From NCBI GenBank assembly GCA_976551045.1, contig CDPCPM010000010.1, positions 2,170,001-2,234,000 of the forward strand: a stretch of DNA of 64,000 nucleotides. The letters run 5' to 3'. Shown one piece after another: positions 48,301 to 61,945 of the stretch. Source of the stretch: Glaucostegus cemiculus. Lineage: Eukaryota. Each line of letters begins with the position of its first letter. Position 1 is the first letter of the stretch. Position numbers and translations under genes: made by a program. The notes below the pieces were generated by a model. It made no database searches. It had not been told where the DNA came from and saw only the letters and a list, made by a program, of their open reading frames with translations.

Positions 48301-50314
48301 TCATGCTACTATTTCATTATATCACAGAGTAAATTCATAATTCATGTGCTGTTGTTGCAGGACTTCACATGACAGGAGTCTGGGTTGTAGAACTGAACCT
48401 GTGCTATTAAGGGATTCATCTGTGATCCCGTTTCCTTTTGAGCAGGATGCTATGTTGGATTTACAGCGTAATTGAATTGGCCCTCATATTTATCAGCTAT
48501 ACTGAATAGCATGTAATTCAATCATAAGATTAAAATAACTTACTCCCATGTATAGATATGGACTAAATCGATACTGATTCCAAAGAGGATACTTACATTG
48601 CTTCTCTTTGTCCAGATTTTCTTGGTCCATCACTCATTTTATAGGGTTAAGTTCTCCACCTGTTCACAGGGATTTGAAAGAAAATTAATGCCAGCTTGAC
48701 AAGAATAATTGCTTTAAAATCCAGCATATTCTTGCAAGAGAAGTCTGCGATGAGTTTTGACGGTACTCGTGGCCCAGACGCTTTGAATTTCTTTCCTCCT
48801 GAATCTTATAAAAGTTGATTTGGGTGACGCAAATGTTAACCCCATCGGACCTTCACCTCCACAACCACCCTCCCACTCTAATATCGCCTTCTCCCCACTA
48901 TTGGTTACATTTTGCTCCACTTTTTAACCTTTTTTTAACCTCCCTTAACCAAAAGGATGGAGCGTTTTGGCAATTACAAAAGCTAATACTTTGAAGAGCC
49001 TTGAATCATTGCAAAGACTCAGAGTCTAAGGGTGCAGGGAGCCCTGTAATGTACTTAGGGCCCTTTGATGTGGTATGTAAGTTGCCCTGTTGTTCTCCAA
49101 CTGGATTGAAAGTTAAAGAAAAAAATCTCAAGGTCTTACAATTGACAAGAAAGTTGATAACTCATGACTGCTGGATCAAATAAGAAAAGGATTTAAATAT
49201 CACTCTTTGTCCATCTGCTATGTGACAATTGAAGTAATGAAATCTGACATCCTGAATCCTGATATACCTGAGAAATTTCATTTATTTATTCTATTCCTGC
49301 AACAAGTTAAAAAAAAACGGTTCCTTTGGTTGCATGTTTTATTTCTTTTTATGTTTTACTAGCTCTTCATTATTCTGGTGTTATACTTGTACTTAAATTG
49401 GTGTAAAGCTGTCTAAATAATTATGAGCAGTTCAGGCAAGGAAATCATCAGCTTGTTTTGGATTTTATCTCAGTTTTATACATGCTAACCCAATTTATGT
49501 TGAAAAATCATACCTCTCCTCTATCAGAAATTGCTGTTATAAAGCACATTTCATCTTCAGTATAAGTATAAAGCAGCCATCAAAATTTGTGTGGAAACAT
49601 CTAAGTACTTTTTGAATGGAAGGTAATGATTTGCAGAACATTTAACTTGATGAACTAACAGTAGTTTTTGTGTCAAGTTTTTTTAATGCTCTGCAAATAG
49701 AGCAAGCTTAGCTCATCCTAAATTAACAGGTGCATTTTTGTCTGCCTGCATTCTAATGACAGTGATGAATGTTCCAAATAGTTCTCACATTAACATCAAA
49801 CTAAATTCGGTGCCAAATAGTTCATAGTAGCTGTCAAACACAAATTAATATTTAAAAGATTATCTGTGCTTGAATCACAAAGTTGCATGCATTCAGGCAT
49901 GCAAAGAAATGGCACCACACCTCACTCTAAATTGCTGAAACATGATACTGCAGCCTTGAGTAAGGTATTATCATGGAACATCTTTCAATGATGTCTGAAG
50001 GCTCCTGAACAATACAGCAGGAATGACAATATATTTGAAGAAATATTAAATAATGTCCATTTGTCCTGTTTCACCTTGACTCATGAGGTCCTGGTATCAA
50101 CCAAATCTTGGTGTAGTCGCTAAAGTTTTGAAGTTTTCTATGAGGACATTAGAGCTATTTTCAGTAAATCTAGATAACTGAACATCACAATTTGAATCCC
50201 CAAGCAGGTCAAGAGACAGTTCTTAACCAGGAGTTCATAGCTTATTCTTTTAGGACAAGAAATTATGTTAGTCCCAGCAGCACCACCTTGTTTTCAATCA
50301 GTGGTTTACCAAGG

Positions 50315-51690
50315 TCATATGGACACACAAGTTAGCAGCAGCAATAAGCTACTGGGTCCCTCAAGCCTGCCAAACCATTCAATAAGATCACAGCTGGTCT
50401 GAATGGAACCTCAAATCCCCATTGTTACCTACCCTGGTAACATTTCACCCCCTTGCTTATCAAGAATCCATACATCTTTGCTTTAAAACCATTCAAAGAC
50501 TCTGCTTCAAGTGTCCTTTGAGGACATAATTACAAAAACTTACAACCCTCTGCAAGATAAAAAAAGCCTGACCTTTGTCTTCCTTGGTGGACCCCTTATT
50601 TTTAAACATCAGTCCCTAGTTCTAGATTCTCCCAAAAGTAGAAACATGATCTCTATGTCTACCCTGTCAAGTCCCCTCTAGATTCAATGTCTTTTAATAA
50701 GATCCTCTTTCAATCTTTAAACTATATTGGATGAAAGCCTCGTTTGCCCCACCTTTCATTGTGGGACAATCACATATTCTAGGTATCATCCTATAATTTC
50801 CTTCTGAACTGCTTCTAATAGATTTATATCCTTCCTTAAATAAGGAAGCCAATACTGCACGCAGTACTCCAGGTACGGTCTCACCAATGCACAAATAACG
50901 TTTATTCATCCTGTTTCTGAAGCATAACCTCCCACCCTTTGTGTTGAGTTCACCTCACAGAAACAAAAACATTGTATTAGCTTTCCTAATTACTTGCTGT
51001 ACCAGCACACTAGCCTTTTGGGAATTGTATACTAGGATGCCCAGATCGCTCTGTATTTCAGAGTGCTGTAACCTCTTCCCATTTAGATAATATGTTTTGT
51101 TTTATTTTTCCTGCAATAATGGATAATTTCACATTTTCACATTTGCCAGATCCTTGTCCTAACCTGTCTACATCTCTCCTTATATCATGTTCTCAGCCTA
51201 CATTTCTACTTATCATTGTGTCATCAGCAAATTTAACAACCAGACCTTTGGTTCCTTCATCCTAATCATTTGTATAAACTGTTGGAAGTTGAGATCCCAG
51301 CACCATCTCTATGGCACACCACCCATTACATCTTGCTTGCCAGGAAGAGACCCATTTACACTAACTCCCTATGTTCAACTAACCAGCCAATCTTCTACTC
51401 ATAACAATATGTTATTCTCTACACCATGACCTTTCATATTCCGCAATAACCTTTTATATGGTGCCTTGTCAAATTGCTTCTGGAAACCTGAGTATAGTAC
51501 AATCCCCTTTTATCTACAGTACATGTTACATCAAGGAATTCCAATGAATTGGCCAAGTATGCTTTTCCTTTCACAGAACCATATTGACGTTGCCTGATTA
51601 CAATTTTTTTTCAAAATATCCCACTATAACACCTTTAATTATTGCTTCTAACATTTTCCCAATGGCAGACATTAAGTTTACCAACCACAT
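50315..51690 (-). mobile_element. Decayed CR1 3' portion
   Basis: Antisense [21 protein letters not shown] and LDFQK remnants, with a CR1 3' tail near 50315. Confidence 0.8.
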
Positions 51691-51944
51691 AAATACCCTG
51701 GATAAACAAGCAGGTCAGATGCTGAGTGTCTTGCAGTGAGGGACTCACCTCCTGACTCACGTCTTCAAGTCCAGTGTGTAATGAATAATCTCCACTTGAT
51801 TGGATGAATTTAGGTTCAACAACATTTAAGAAGTTTGGTGCAACTCAGCACAAAGCAGCCATTTGATTGGTATCCATGCAATCCCTCCACCATGAGCACA
51901 CCATAGCACCATACCTAACCAATAATAGGTAAAAATGACCTGAT

Positions 51945-53258
51945 GCTAACTAAGAAACAGGGTCTCAGGAGCAAAGAGTAACCCTGCAGAATTCCTAAAA
52001 GTGGACAATGAGAAACTTCTGTCACAAATCCACAAAGTCATCTTCCTCATTTGGGAAGAGAAGGATGTGCCAGGGAGCCTCAGTGATGCCATAATTGTGA
52101 CCCTCCAAGAAAGGAGCCAAATCCAATTGTGGTGACTGCAGAGTCTCTCCCTACTGTCTGCCACAAGAAACATCGCCAGGATCCTTGTAAACAGCCTCCT
52201 TTCCAGTGGGTGAAGAGGGGCTCCTCAAGTACCACAGTGGATTCCGTCTATCTAGAATCACCACTGGCATGATCGTCAATGTGCAACAACTCCAAGAGAA
52301 GTGCAGTTAGTAGCACCAATCACCATACAAGGTGTCCTTCAACCTTACTAAAGCCTTTCACTCTTTTACTCCATCAATTGAGAGGCACTGTGGAACGTGC
52401 TCCTCAATTTTGGCAACTGCAGAAAATCATCTGCACTTTTCATTTATGTCGTGATGACATGTAAGTCATGATCCTATTTAACAGCTTCACAACAGATCCA
52501 GTTGCAGTGAAGTCCGATGTCAAGCAAGGCTGTTTCATTGTCCCAATGGTTTACTTAGTTTCTCTTGCTGAAATACTGCACCTCATCTCCAAAGAGCTTC
52601 CTGCTGGAGCAGAGCTAACCTAAGACATGGGAAACCCTTCAATCAATGTTGCCTTCAGTCATTAAACAAGGTCAGCAAGTTCCAGTAGTCAAGCTGCATT
52701 CTGCAATAAATGTGAGTATTTTCGGAGCTTGAGCTTCAAGTCATAACTGAAGCATGTGAGAGAAAGGGCTTTACACTTGACATGCACAAAATAAAGGTCT
52801 CTACTAACAATGACCCACTGAATAACACCTCCCTCTGACAATGAAGGTCCACATCCAGAACCTGGAAGATGTAGAACATTCCCCATGTCTCAGGAGCCAC
52901 TTCCCAGTGAAGGCAAAAATTGATTATGAAAATCACCATAATCTTCAGTTCACTAGGACTTTGGCCATCAGAGGAAATGGATGTGCAAAGATCAAGATCT
53001 TAAACCCAGTACAAAGCTTGTTGTCTATCAGGCAGCAATGGCCGCTGCCCTCTTCCATGCTTCTGAGATTTGAACTACTTTCTAGGAATTGATGGGAATG
53101 CTGCACATTTTAAAGGAGGTTCCACAAGATACCTCATAGATGCCACCAATGCTGTCTCTACAAAATCCTCCAAATGCACTGGTAGGGTAAGCACAGCAAC
53201 ATCAATGTCATCTCCCCAACCTTGAGGCCCTAATTTCAATCATTAGGCTCCATTGGGT
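51945..53258 (+). mobile_element. Decayed RTE-clade LINE fragment
   Basis: SGAKSNPAEFLK...LIWEEKDVPGSLSDAIIVTL, SLLSAT, QQLQEKC and VKQGC remnants typical of RTE/BovB RT. Confidence 0.75.
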
Positions 53259-53282
53259 AGGGGGGACACAGTGGCTCAGTGG

Positions 53283-53590
53283 ACAGCACACTGACACAAT
53301 GAGCAGATCTGCTGCCTCACAGCTCCAGTGATCCAGGGTACCATTCTGACCCCTGGTGTGGTCCGTGTGGATGTTGCAGGTTTCCCCTGTGACTGTATAT
53401 GTTTCCTTCAGGTGCTCCTATTTCCTCCCATATCCCAAAAAATGTGCAGGTTGGTATGTTAATTGGCCACTCTAAGTTGCCACTAGTGCGTAGAAGGGTG
53501 ATAGAATGTTGGTGGGGTGAGGTGGGGGGAGAATAAAATAGGTTAGAGGAGGATTAGTATACAAGTGGGTGCTTGAGCATGGGCCACACT
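53283..53590 (+). mobile_element. Older V-SINE
   Basis: CTGCTGCCTCACAGCTCCAG head and TTTCCTTCAGGTGCTCCTATTTCCTCCCA V-domain. Confidence 0.7.
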
Positions 53591-55008
53591 CTTTACAATG
53601 CATTCATTGAACTTGAGAAGTAAGAAACAGACTATTGTAGTTTGACATGAAAGACATCATTGACTCATATGATATAACCAATCAGCAATAACTTACCAAT
53701 GAAATTCTGCCCACATGTCTGTTAATGAAAACACATGTTGTAGAATCCATATTTTACTTTTAGGCATGTTTCGGAGTACACTTTGATAATGTTATTCAAT
53801 CTTCCATGGTAATTAAGCTATTAATCACAAACATATGAGTTGATAAGCTCCTTCATGTTGATTTTCAAAAAGAATTGGACATCTAATTTAAAAAAATCTC
53901 ATAAATTTTGAAAGTTTAGAAGCATTCATCAGCGTTACAAATGAATGTCTGTTGAGTTCATTGGCATCAGCTGCACGCTTAAATAGTCTGAACATTTAAC
54001 ATTAATAGGAATTCACTTAACTCTGTCCAAATCCACTTTAATGACAGCATATCCCATGAAGTAGAGCCTGACTAAATGACCCAAGCCCAGTGGGACCCGT
54101 CTACATGTGCTGACTTCAGTTCAGTTTGGATGGATATTGTGTGACATGCATTAAAGATTGAGTCAGGTTAGGTTGGGCCAGCTTTTTATAAAGCCCTGCA
54201 TGGTTGAACAGCCTATATTTCACACTCCTTATACTTTATGACACATAACTAAGTTTTCAAAGGAAATCAATGTTCAGTCAATGATTCAATCAACAACACG
54301 TTTGAGTTTATTATATTTACAGTGATGGTTAGGGGTTGTTGCATATGAAAGGATTTCCTCAGGCTTGGGATGTGCTCAGACTGACCGAGTTCAGGTGAGG
54401 TTTGGGTTGGGTTTTAACTTCTCACCCATACAAACCATTACCAACAATGTCATATTTGCTTTCCTTTGTAAACTGGACTTGATTTTGCGTCTTTTTGCAT
54501 AATTCATAAACATATAACAAAAAGCTTGCAATCCCATGGCTTTTCATTGGATTACCTGATTTAAATGAGATGATCATGTTTCATTCTGTACCACAGCCTG
54601 GGTGGAAATAATCTCCCTGAGCAATGCTCTTTTTCTTAAAGCACTGATTACCTATTGGTTTTGTGCATTTATGTTTTTTAGTTCTGACTGGAGGATTAGC
54701 TTTTAGACAAAACTGCTTTTTTCTTTTCCAACAGAAAAGTTCAGCATCTTAAGCCAGCAAAAGTACTCCTCTGTTCAAATAGGAGCAATTACTCAAAAGT
54801 CAAATTGTTCCCTTCATCCTTGTTAATATGTCCTGTCTGACAGTTAATGCTCATCTGGAGGCCTTCCAGGAATCACTCCTCTGTAGCAACTTTGAACTAG
54901 AAAATTTACATCTAGATTCTTATGTGGAGAAACGGCTAGCGGTCTATGAATAAGACTGTTAGCCAATGAATTAGTCCTTGAATTTTTAGTTTTTACTGTG
55001 ATATGCAT

Positions 55009-55151
55009 NNNNNNNNNNNNNNNNNNNNNNNNNNNNNNNNNNNNNNNNNNNNNNNNNNNNNNNNNNNNNNNNNNNNNNNNNNNNNNNNNNNNNNNNNNNN
55101 NNNNNNNNNNNNNNNNNNNNNNNNNNNNNNNNNNNNNNNNNNNNNNNNNNN
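55009..55151. other. Assembly gap (N run)
   Basis: 143 Ns. Confidence 1.
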
Positions 55152-55294
55152 TTATGCACAAATAAAACATCCACTTGCTAGAATATAATGTCCTTCACAG
55201 GTCTGCTGAAGGCCAAATGGGTTATGTAAGTAGTAGGACGGGGATATTTGAAATTTAATTTGAAGAAATTGGGGAAAATATTCCTCTTCAAATG

Positions 55295-55980
55295 CTGTCC
55301 AGTGTTACAGCAGTTGGAGCTGCTGTCACACAGCTCCAGGGAGCTAGGATTGATTCTGTCCACGGGTGCTGTATACATGATTTCCCTGGTGCTCTGCTTT
55401 CCTCCCACATTCCCAAGGTGTGCTGGTAGTTTAAATGACTACTGTAAACAGTCCCCAAGTGTAAATCAATGGCATAAGAACCAAAGGAAGTTACTGGGCA
55501 CTTGAAAGAGAGTTGTAAGACTGAAGGTAAACAAAGAGAGAGGGAATGGGACTGATGGCACCTGGCATGGACTTCATGAGCCACATGGCTTCCTAGAATT
55601 ACAAAGATCCTGCATGGAAACAGGCCCCTTGGCCCTCTGTCGTGTTAACCATCAAGCACCTCTGTTTATACTAATCCTAACCTTACCCATTATATTCTCC
55701 CTCATTGCCACAACTATTCCCTGCAACCTCATTCCCCCACATCCACCCCGATTCTACCACTTATCTACACCCTAGGGTCAATTTACAGTCACTGATTAAA
55801 CTACCAGCCCACACACCTTTGGAATGTGGGATGAAACCAGAGCAACTGGAGGAAACCTGCGCAGTCACAGGGAGAACATACAAATCCAGGCAGACACCAC
55901 CGGAGGTGAGGATTGAACCTGAGTCACTGGAGCTGTAAGGCAACAGCTTTACTGTCTGTACCACTGTTCCACCGTGTTAC
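55295..55980. mobile_element. Two older V-SINEs tail-to-tail (about 55295-55590 plus, 55595-55980 minus)
   Basis: Each has a CACAGCTCCAG-type head and V-domain remnant, in opposite orientations. Confidence 0.65.
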
Positions 55981-56437
55981 CCTTCTGTATCATAATGAAT
56001 AAGGAAGTAAACTTAGATCTAATTGACCTCAATGAGATGCAAAGATCTGATTGTGTTTAATAAACACTATCAAGGCAGATTCTCACTCTTTGCAGAAATA
56101 ATTGCCGGTGCCAAGGATGTGCGAACAAATAAATTTAAAAAGATATTTTAAAAAGAGGGATATAATGAGATAGTAATATAAGGAGGAATAGCTGCAATTA
56201 TTAAAAATCAGCAATAATGAAAAAGTTCTGGAAATACACAGCAGAGTAAAGAAAAAGTAGTTGTGATAAACTGTCTTTGACATGTGTTAATTGAGCTGGA
56301 AATGCTGGTTTCCAGTGCTGGTGTGGGTCTAAGCCGCAGGCAACATTTTCCACCTGGTTGCTGGTGCTAGTGACCTCACCTGCTGTGCACTAGTGGACTC
56401 CGGACTGCAAAATTTTCTGGAGTCTCCCCTACTCTTG

Positions 56438-56537
56438 GGCTGGGAAGTCTGCCTGCACTGCCTGAATCAGATACAATGACCTGGGATACAATGGCTGGGA
56501 AGTCTGCCTGCACTGCCTGAATCAGATACAATGACCT
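56438..56537. repeat. 45-bp direct duplication with a 10-bp spacer
   Basis: 56438-56482 equals 56493-56537; the spacer is GGGATACAAT. Confidence 0.95.
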
Positions 56538-56804
56538 CTTTCAAGTGTTAAAATAATTCATGCCAAGACACTTTCAGAAGTCATTCAAGCAGATAATATT
56601 GTGAGTATTTATTAATTTTGGGGTAGAAAATAATCTTTCATCAGACACACTGAACAGTTGCTGATTTTTTCTGCCTGTTGAACTGCCCACCTGGTAACTG
56701 ATCCCACTGACTTCTGAGGTATGTTAGTCCTCCCTTATTTGTTTAGCCAAATTTAAAACTTGCCAGTTACTTCCCAAATATCATGGAACAGTTTTTCTTA
56801 ATTT

Positions 56805-59400
56805 AAGCATTTTTCAGGATCTGGGTGTTGCTAACAAGCCCAGCGTTTTTTGGCCATCATTATTGCTCTTGAGAAGGTGGGGGTGAGTTGCTGGAGTTTG
56901 TCAGATGAAGGTACTCCCACAATGCTTTTCATCAGGGAGTTCCCAGATTTGGACCTTGTGATGATGAACGAGTGGCAACACGTTTGCAAATCAATGTGGT
57001 GTGTAACTTGAAATGAAACTTGCAAATTGTGGTGTACCATGTGCCAGCTGCCATTGTCCTTCTTGATGGCAGAGTTCCTTGGTTTGCAAGGTGCTGTTGG
57101 AGTAGCCGAGACAGGTAAATATAGTGCATTTTATAGATGGTACAAATTGCAACTACTGTGTACTGATGGTGGAGGGAATGAATGTTTAAGACAGTTGATT
57201 GGTGTCAATCAAGAGGGCTGCTTTGTCCTGGCTGGTGTCAAGTTCCTGGAGAGTTGTTGAGTAGCACCCATCTAGACCTGCCCTCATACCCATTGTTTTT
57301 ATGTGGCTGGCCAACTGAGTTTCTGGTCAATGGCAAGAGCCCAGGATATTGATGATTTGGGACTTGGCAATAGTAATGCCTTTGAACATCAAGGATAGGT
57401 GGTTAGATGCCCTTTTGTCGGAAATAGTCATTGCCTGGCACTTTTGTGCTATCAAAATTGCTTTCCATTTATCAGCCCACATCTGAATATTACCTTGGTC
57501 TGTCTTGCTGTACATGAGTGCAGACTGCTTTATTTGCTGGAAAGCTGTGATTGGAACTGAACATTGTGTAATCATCAGTAAACATTCCTGCTTTAGACCT
57601 TATGATGGAAGGAATGTCACTGATGAAGACACTGAAGATAAGATTTCTTTATTAGTCACATGTACATCAAAACACACAGTGAAATGCTTCTTTAGCATAA
57701 AGTGTTCTGAAGGACAGCCCACAAATGTCACCATGCTTCCGGCACCAATACAGCATGCCCACAGCTTCCTAACCTGTATGTCTTTGGAATGTGGGAGGAA
57801 CTGGAGCACCCGGAGGAAACCCACGCAGTCATGGGGAGAACGTAGAAACTCCTTACAGACAGTGACTGGAATTGAACTCAGTTATGCTAACTGCTACATT
57901 GCTGTGTCTGCCATCTAATGACAGAACATGATTAAGGGGCTTAAACCACACTCCTGCTTGATCTGGAGCAACACACAAAATGCGCTGGAGGAACTCAGTG
58001 GGCCAGGCAGCATCCGTGAGGGGAAATGAACACAGCCCTGCCCTGAGGAACTCTTGCAGTGATGCCCAGGGACTATGATGATGACTCTCTTGGAGACTCA
58101 AACTGGAGATTGATGATCAGATTATTGGTAAGTGCCAAGTAATAGCACAGGTGTACTGGAACAGTTCAGGGGCGCAAGTAGGTCTAGAATGCAGGTCTTT
58201 AATACTACAGCCAGGGTGTTGGCAGGTCCCAGAGACTTTGCTGTGTCCAACCTTTACAGCTATTTCTTGATATTACATGGTGGAGTGAATGGAATTGACT
58301 GAAGACTAGCTTCTGATATTGTGAGGATTTCAGGAGGAAACAGAGATGGATCATCCTTTCAGCATTTTTGGCTAAATGGTTGCAAATATTTCAGCCTGTT
58401 CATCAGCACGCACATGCTGGGACCTGCTCTCATTGAATATGTGGATGTTCTTAGCTATACGATAGCAACATTTAAGAGGCATTCAGACAGACACAAGAAC
58501 ACGCAGGGAGTGGAGGGATATAAACCATGTGCAGGCAGTTGTGATTAGATTAGATTGGCTTCATAGTCAACACAGAGGTAGGGCGAAGAGCCTGTCCCTG
58601 TGCTATACTGTTCTTTGTTCTATCTTCTGTCTGGTTGTCCGCCATCATTCACCACTGCATGCAGTAGGTCTGCAGAGCTATGATGTGATCTGCTGGTTGT
58701 GAGATCACTTAGCTGTCCACTGAATGTTGCTTTTGCTGTTTAGCAAAGCATAGAGCTCCAAGGTGCAGCTTCACTATGTTGACACCTCATTGCTTTTACA
58801 CCTGCCTGGTGCTTCTACTGGCATGTATTTCTGCTCTCCTCATTGATACCCCAGCTGGATGGTAATGGTAGAGTGAGGGATATGCTGGTCCATGAGGCTA
58901 CAGGTTGTAATGATACAAATTTCTGCTGCTGTTGAGTGATGACGTGTTATGAGAAGCCTCATTCCTTCTGGGTCTATCCCATTTAGCATATCTGGAGTGC
59001 CACACATCACGATGGCAAGTGTTCTCAGTGTGAAAGTCAGGCTTTGTCTTTGCAAGGTGTACGCAGTGACCACTTCTACTGATGCTCTCATGAGTAGCGG
59101 CATTTGCCCCGGGTAGATTGGTGAGGATAAGGTTAAGTAGCTTTATCCCTTGTGTTGGTTCACTCATTACCTGCCACCAGTATAGGACCCAGCATGGTCA
59201 GTGTGTGTCATAAATCCACTCTTGGTGATGGACACTAATGAATTCTGCTATCCTATTTTAACTACTCTGTCTCTAAAACCATCTTTTGTTACTCGTGCCA
59301 GGAAAATTCTCAGTGCCCTTACACTCAGTGCTTCTTGCATGTGTTTTTCAACATTGTGCAGCACTGATTCATCAGCTGACAGAAGATGGAAAGTATAATC
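56805..59400 (-). mobile_element. Decayed CR1/L2-group LINE with nested SINE, PLE remnant (about 57950-58035) and CR1 tail (about 58455-58625)
   Basis: EPTQGIKLLNLILTNL..SRSGH (endonuclease end, ORF 58898) and NIQMWADKW..KCQAMTIS (post-RT, ORF 57327). Smaller pieces of this family lie near 29865-30270, 47755-47870 and 51700-51930. Confidence 0.75.
57635..57912 (-). mobile_element. V-SINE alternative-tail subfamily
   Basis: Reverse complement of the 29921-30208 type, with a small deletion in the head. Confidence 0.85.
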
Positions 59401-60219
59401 AGAACTCATTAAACCACACGCTCCATCAGCACTAAACCATTACAACTTCATTAATAAAGTAGTACAATCTGTGGCACAATCCCATCAGTCAGTAATATTT
59501 TAACTCCGTGATGTTTTTTCCTGCCTTGGAACAGACTGCAAGTTATTACAAACATTAAAGTGAGCGTAGGTTCTGATATCAATGTACTACAAACAACTTT
59601 AGAATACTACCTCTCCAAATAGAGTGACAGATTGCCATTGTAATATCTTTCACCCCCTACTCAAACTGCCACTTCCTCATGAAAAGCTGTTGTATGTACT
59701 TTTCAGGGATGTTGAAAGATTCAAGTGAAAATATATCCATCATAAACCAGATTTTGAGAGCATCTTTTAGAGTATCTCATTAAATTTGACGGAGTATAAA
59801 CTTCCTGTTCTCAGAAAGTAATTTGCTTTATAATGCATTTCTGATCCCATATCATGAAGCTACTAAATAGAATGCAACTGATTTTGCTCTTGCCTGTGCA
59901 GTAGTAGCTGAATGTTGGATATATTAAGCCCTTGAACTGTGTTAAACACACAAAACCTTGATTTACAAACTTCCTGGCAACCCATTTCACTCAAGCATTG
60001 TGCAATAAGTAAGCTACTGGAAGAACTTTTGAGTGTAAAATGTTTTAAGACATTCTGGAAAGAATCATATGTCGCTATACAATTCTCAACACACTGATTT
60101 CTGATTTGAACTTTGAAAACTTCTGCAGGGATTTTATCTTTATGATCCTTCCCAGTGATCACATTATGTTGGTTGTGAAATGCTCTAAGAAATTTAAAGA
60201 TGCTATGTAAGTAAATGCA

Positions 60220-60390
60220 ATTTACTTTCCTTCCTTATCTACCTTTCTTTCTTTCATCCTTCCATCTTTCTGTTTTTTTCTTATTCCATTTCTTCTTCGT
60301 TATCTCCTTTTCATTTTTTCTTTCTTCCCATCTGTTCTCCCTCTCTAGTTCTCTCTTTTTTGTTATCTTTCTTCTTTCTCATCCTTTCAC
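60220..60390. repeat. CT-rich low-complexity tract
   Basis: Pyrimidine-rich degenerate (CTTT)n. Confidence 0.85.
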
Positions 60391-60649
60391 AGAAGCAAAG
60401 CACTTTCAAAATAGTAACACTAAATCTCATCCAATGACGATACTGAAAGTGAGTACACCGAGCTGGAGACAGGGCTGATATGAATTACCTGCACTTTTTT
60501 AATGAAACTCAATGTGAGCTTGACAAGTTGTATCTCAACTTCACAGCTTTCCAAACTCATGGAAGCTGTTCCTTTCGAACTCACCCATACCTGCTCGTGA
60601 CCCATCTTTCTCTGCTTGGCCCACTGTGAGTAACTTTTACCTTGCTTCA

Positions 60650-60870
60650 TCACTTTTGTCTTTTAAGGTCTCTTGCCTTCCTCATCATAGGTTTAACTTT
60701 CTATGTTGTCCCCGTCCCTACCTCAGTGTTACTTTAAACCTGTTACATCTCCAGCTATTTCAAATTCTGAGGAAAGTTCATTGTTAGCTTTCTAAAGACG
60801 CTATATAATCTGCTAAGTATTTACAGAATTTTCTGTCTTTATTTCAGATTTCCAACAGCTGTGGTATTTT
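60650..60870 (+). mobile_element. Old PLE pLTR remnant
   Basis: ...TTCTGAGGAAAG...CTGCTAAGTATTTACAGAATTTTCTGTCTTTATTTCAGATTTCCAAC. Confidence 0.55.
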
Positions 60871-61599
60871 CCTAATAAATTACCCTCAGCAGCCCAAAAG
60901 AGGTTAATTCAAATAGGAATCTATAGACTATAGCTTTCCTTACCTTTGTTACTCAGGATGATAATACTACTAAATTATGTTAAGGTCTTATGCTTTCTCT
61001 ATGTTGTGTTAATAAGTGAGAAAGTTTGCATTTTAAATGGAATAATTTATTTTGTTCTTCAGATGTGTGGAAACAATTAATTTTTTAAAAACCTTAGATT
61101 ACTTGATGACAATTCAATATCCCATTAATTGGAGTCCTATGCACTTTCATATTCCATGCAGTTAAAACCCACACATCATAGAACACTGGCCTGGATAAAA
61201 ATGACTGGTTCCACTTTCAACAGATACCTACATTGTACCAACATTAATTTTTGCTATTTTCAATAGGATCTTGTAAATTACTTTCCTGTTGATCACGTGA
61301 GGCTTTGGTAAATAGAATATGGAGAAATGTTTTGTTTGCTTCCAAGATTATGTGAAGGATATGTTAGTTACGGTTAGTCCAGCTGTGAACACATGATGGC
61401 TTGTAAGGTAACTATCTTTCAGAAGGAACCTGGAGTCTTTAATATCTTTGAAGCAACTTGTATCATTAAGAATAGTGAACTTATGAATGTTTTCTTCTTG
61501 TCATAAAAAGTAGAAACGTGAAAACACGTAACACAGTCAATAGACATCCAAATCATTCTCTCTATGTTATCACTTGGAGCAATCCAAGACTAATTCTCA

Positions 61600-61945
61600 C
61601 AACACAGGAGGCCAGTCAACCTACTGAGTTTATGGCAGTTCCCTGAACAATCCTATTAGTTCCATTCCCTCAATTATTTCCCTGTAATCTATCCTCTCAC
61701 ACGTGCCCATTACTACCCCCCTGACCTTCTTGCCACCCACCTATCCAGGGGCAACTTACAGTAGTCAATTAAGCAGACAACTAACAGGTTGTTTGATGTG
61801 GGAGCAAACCAGAGCATCCAGGGGAAATCCACATGATCATGAGGAGAATGTGCACAGTCTAAAATAACATCCCCACAGATCAGAATTGATTCCAAGCTGC
61901 TGGAGCTGTGGCAGAACTACACTACTAGCAGTGCCACTACGATGA
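61600..61945 (-). mobile_element. Older V-SINE
   Basis: TGTGGGAGCAAACCAGAGCATCCAGGGGAAATCCAC (antisense V-domain) and a CTGGAGCTGTG head. Confidence 0.7.

Noticed and set aside
53696-53735. 22-bp micro-exon candidate on the minus strand, and similar isolated splice-like signals near 7970, 26810-26900, 54733 and 60130
   Set aside because: Such signals are frequent by chance and could not be chained into a coherent reading frame.
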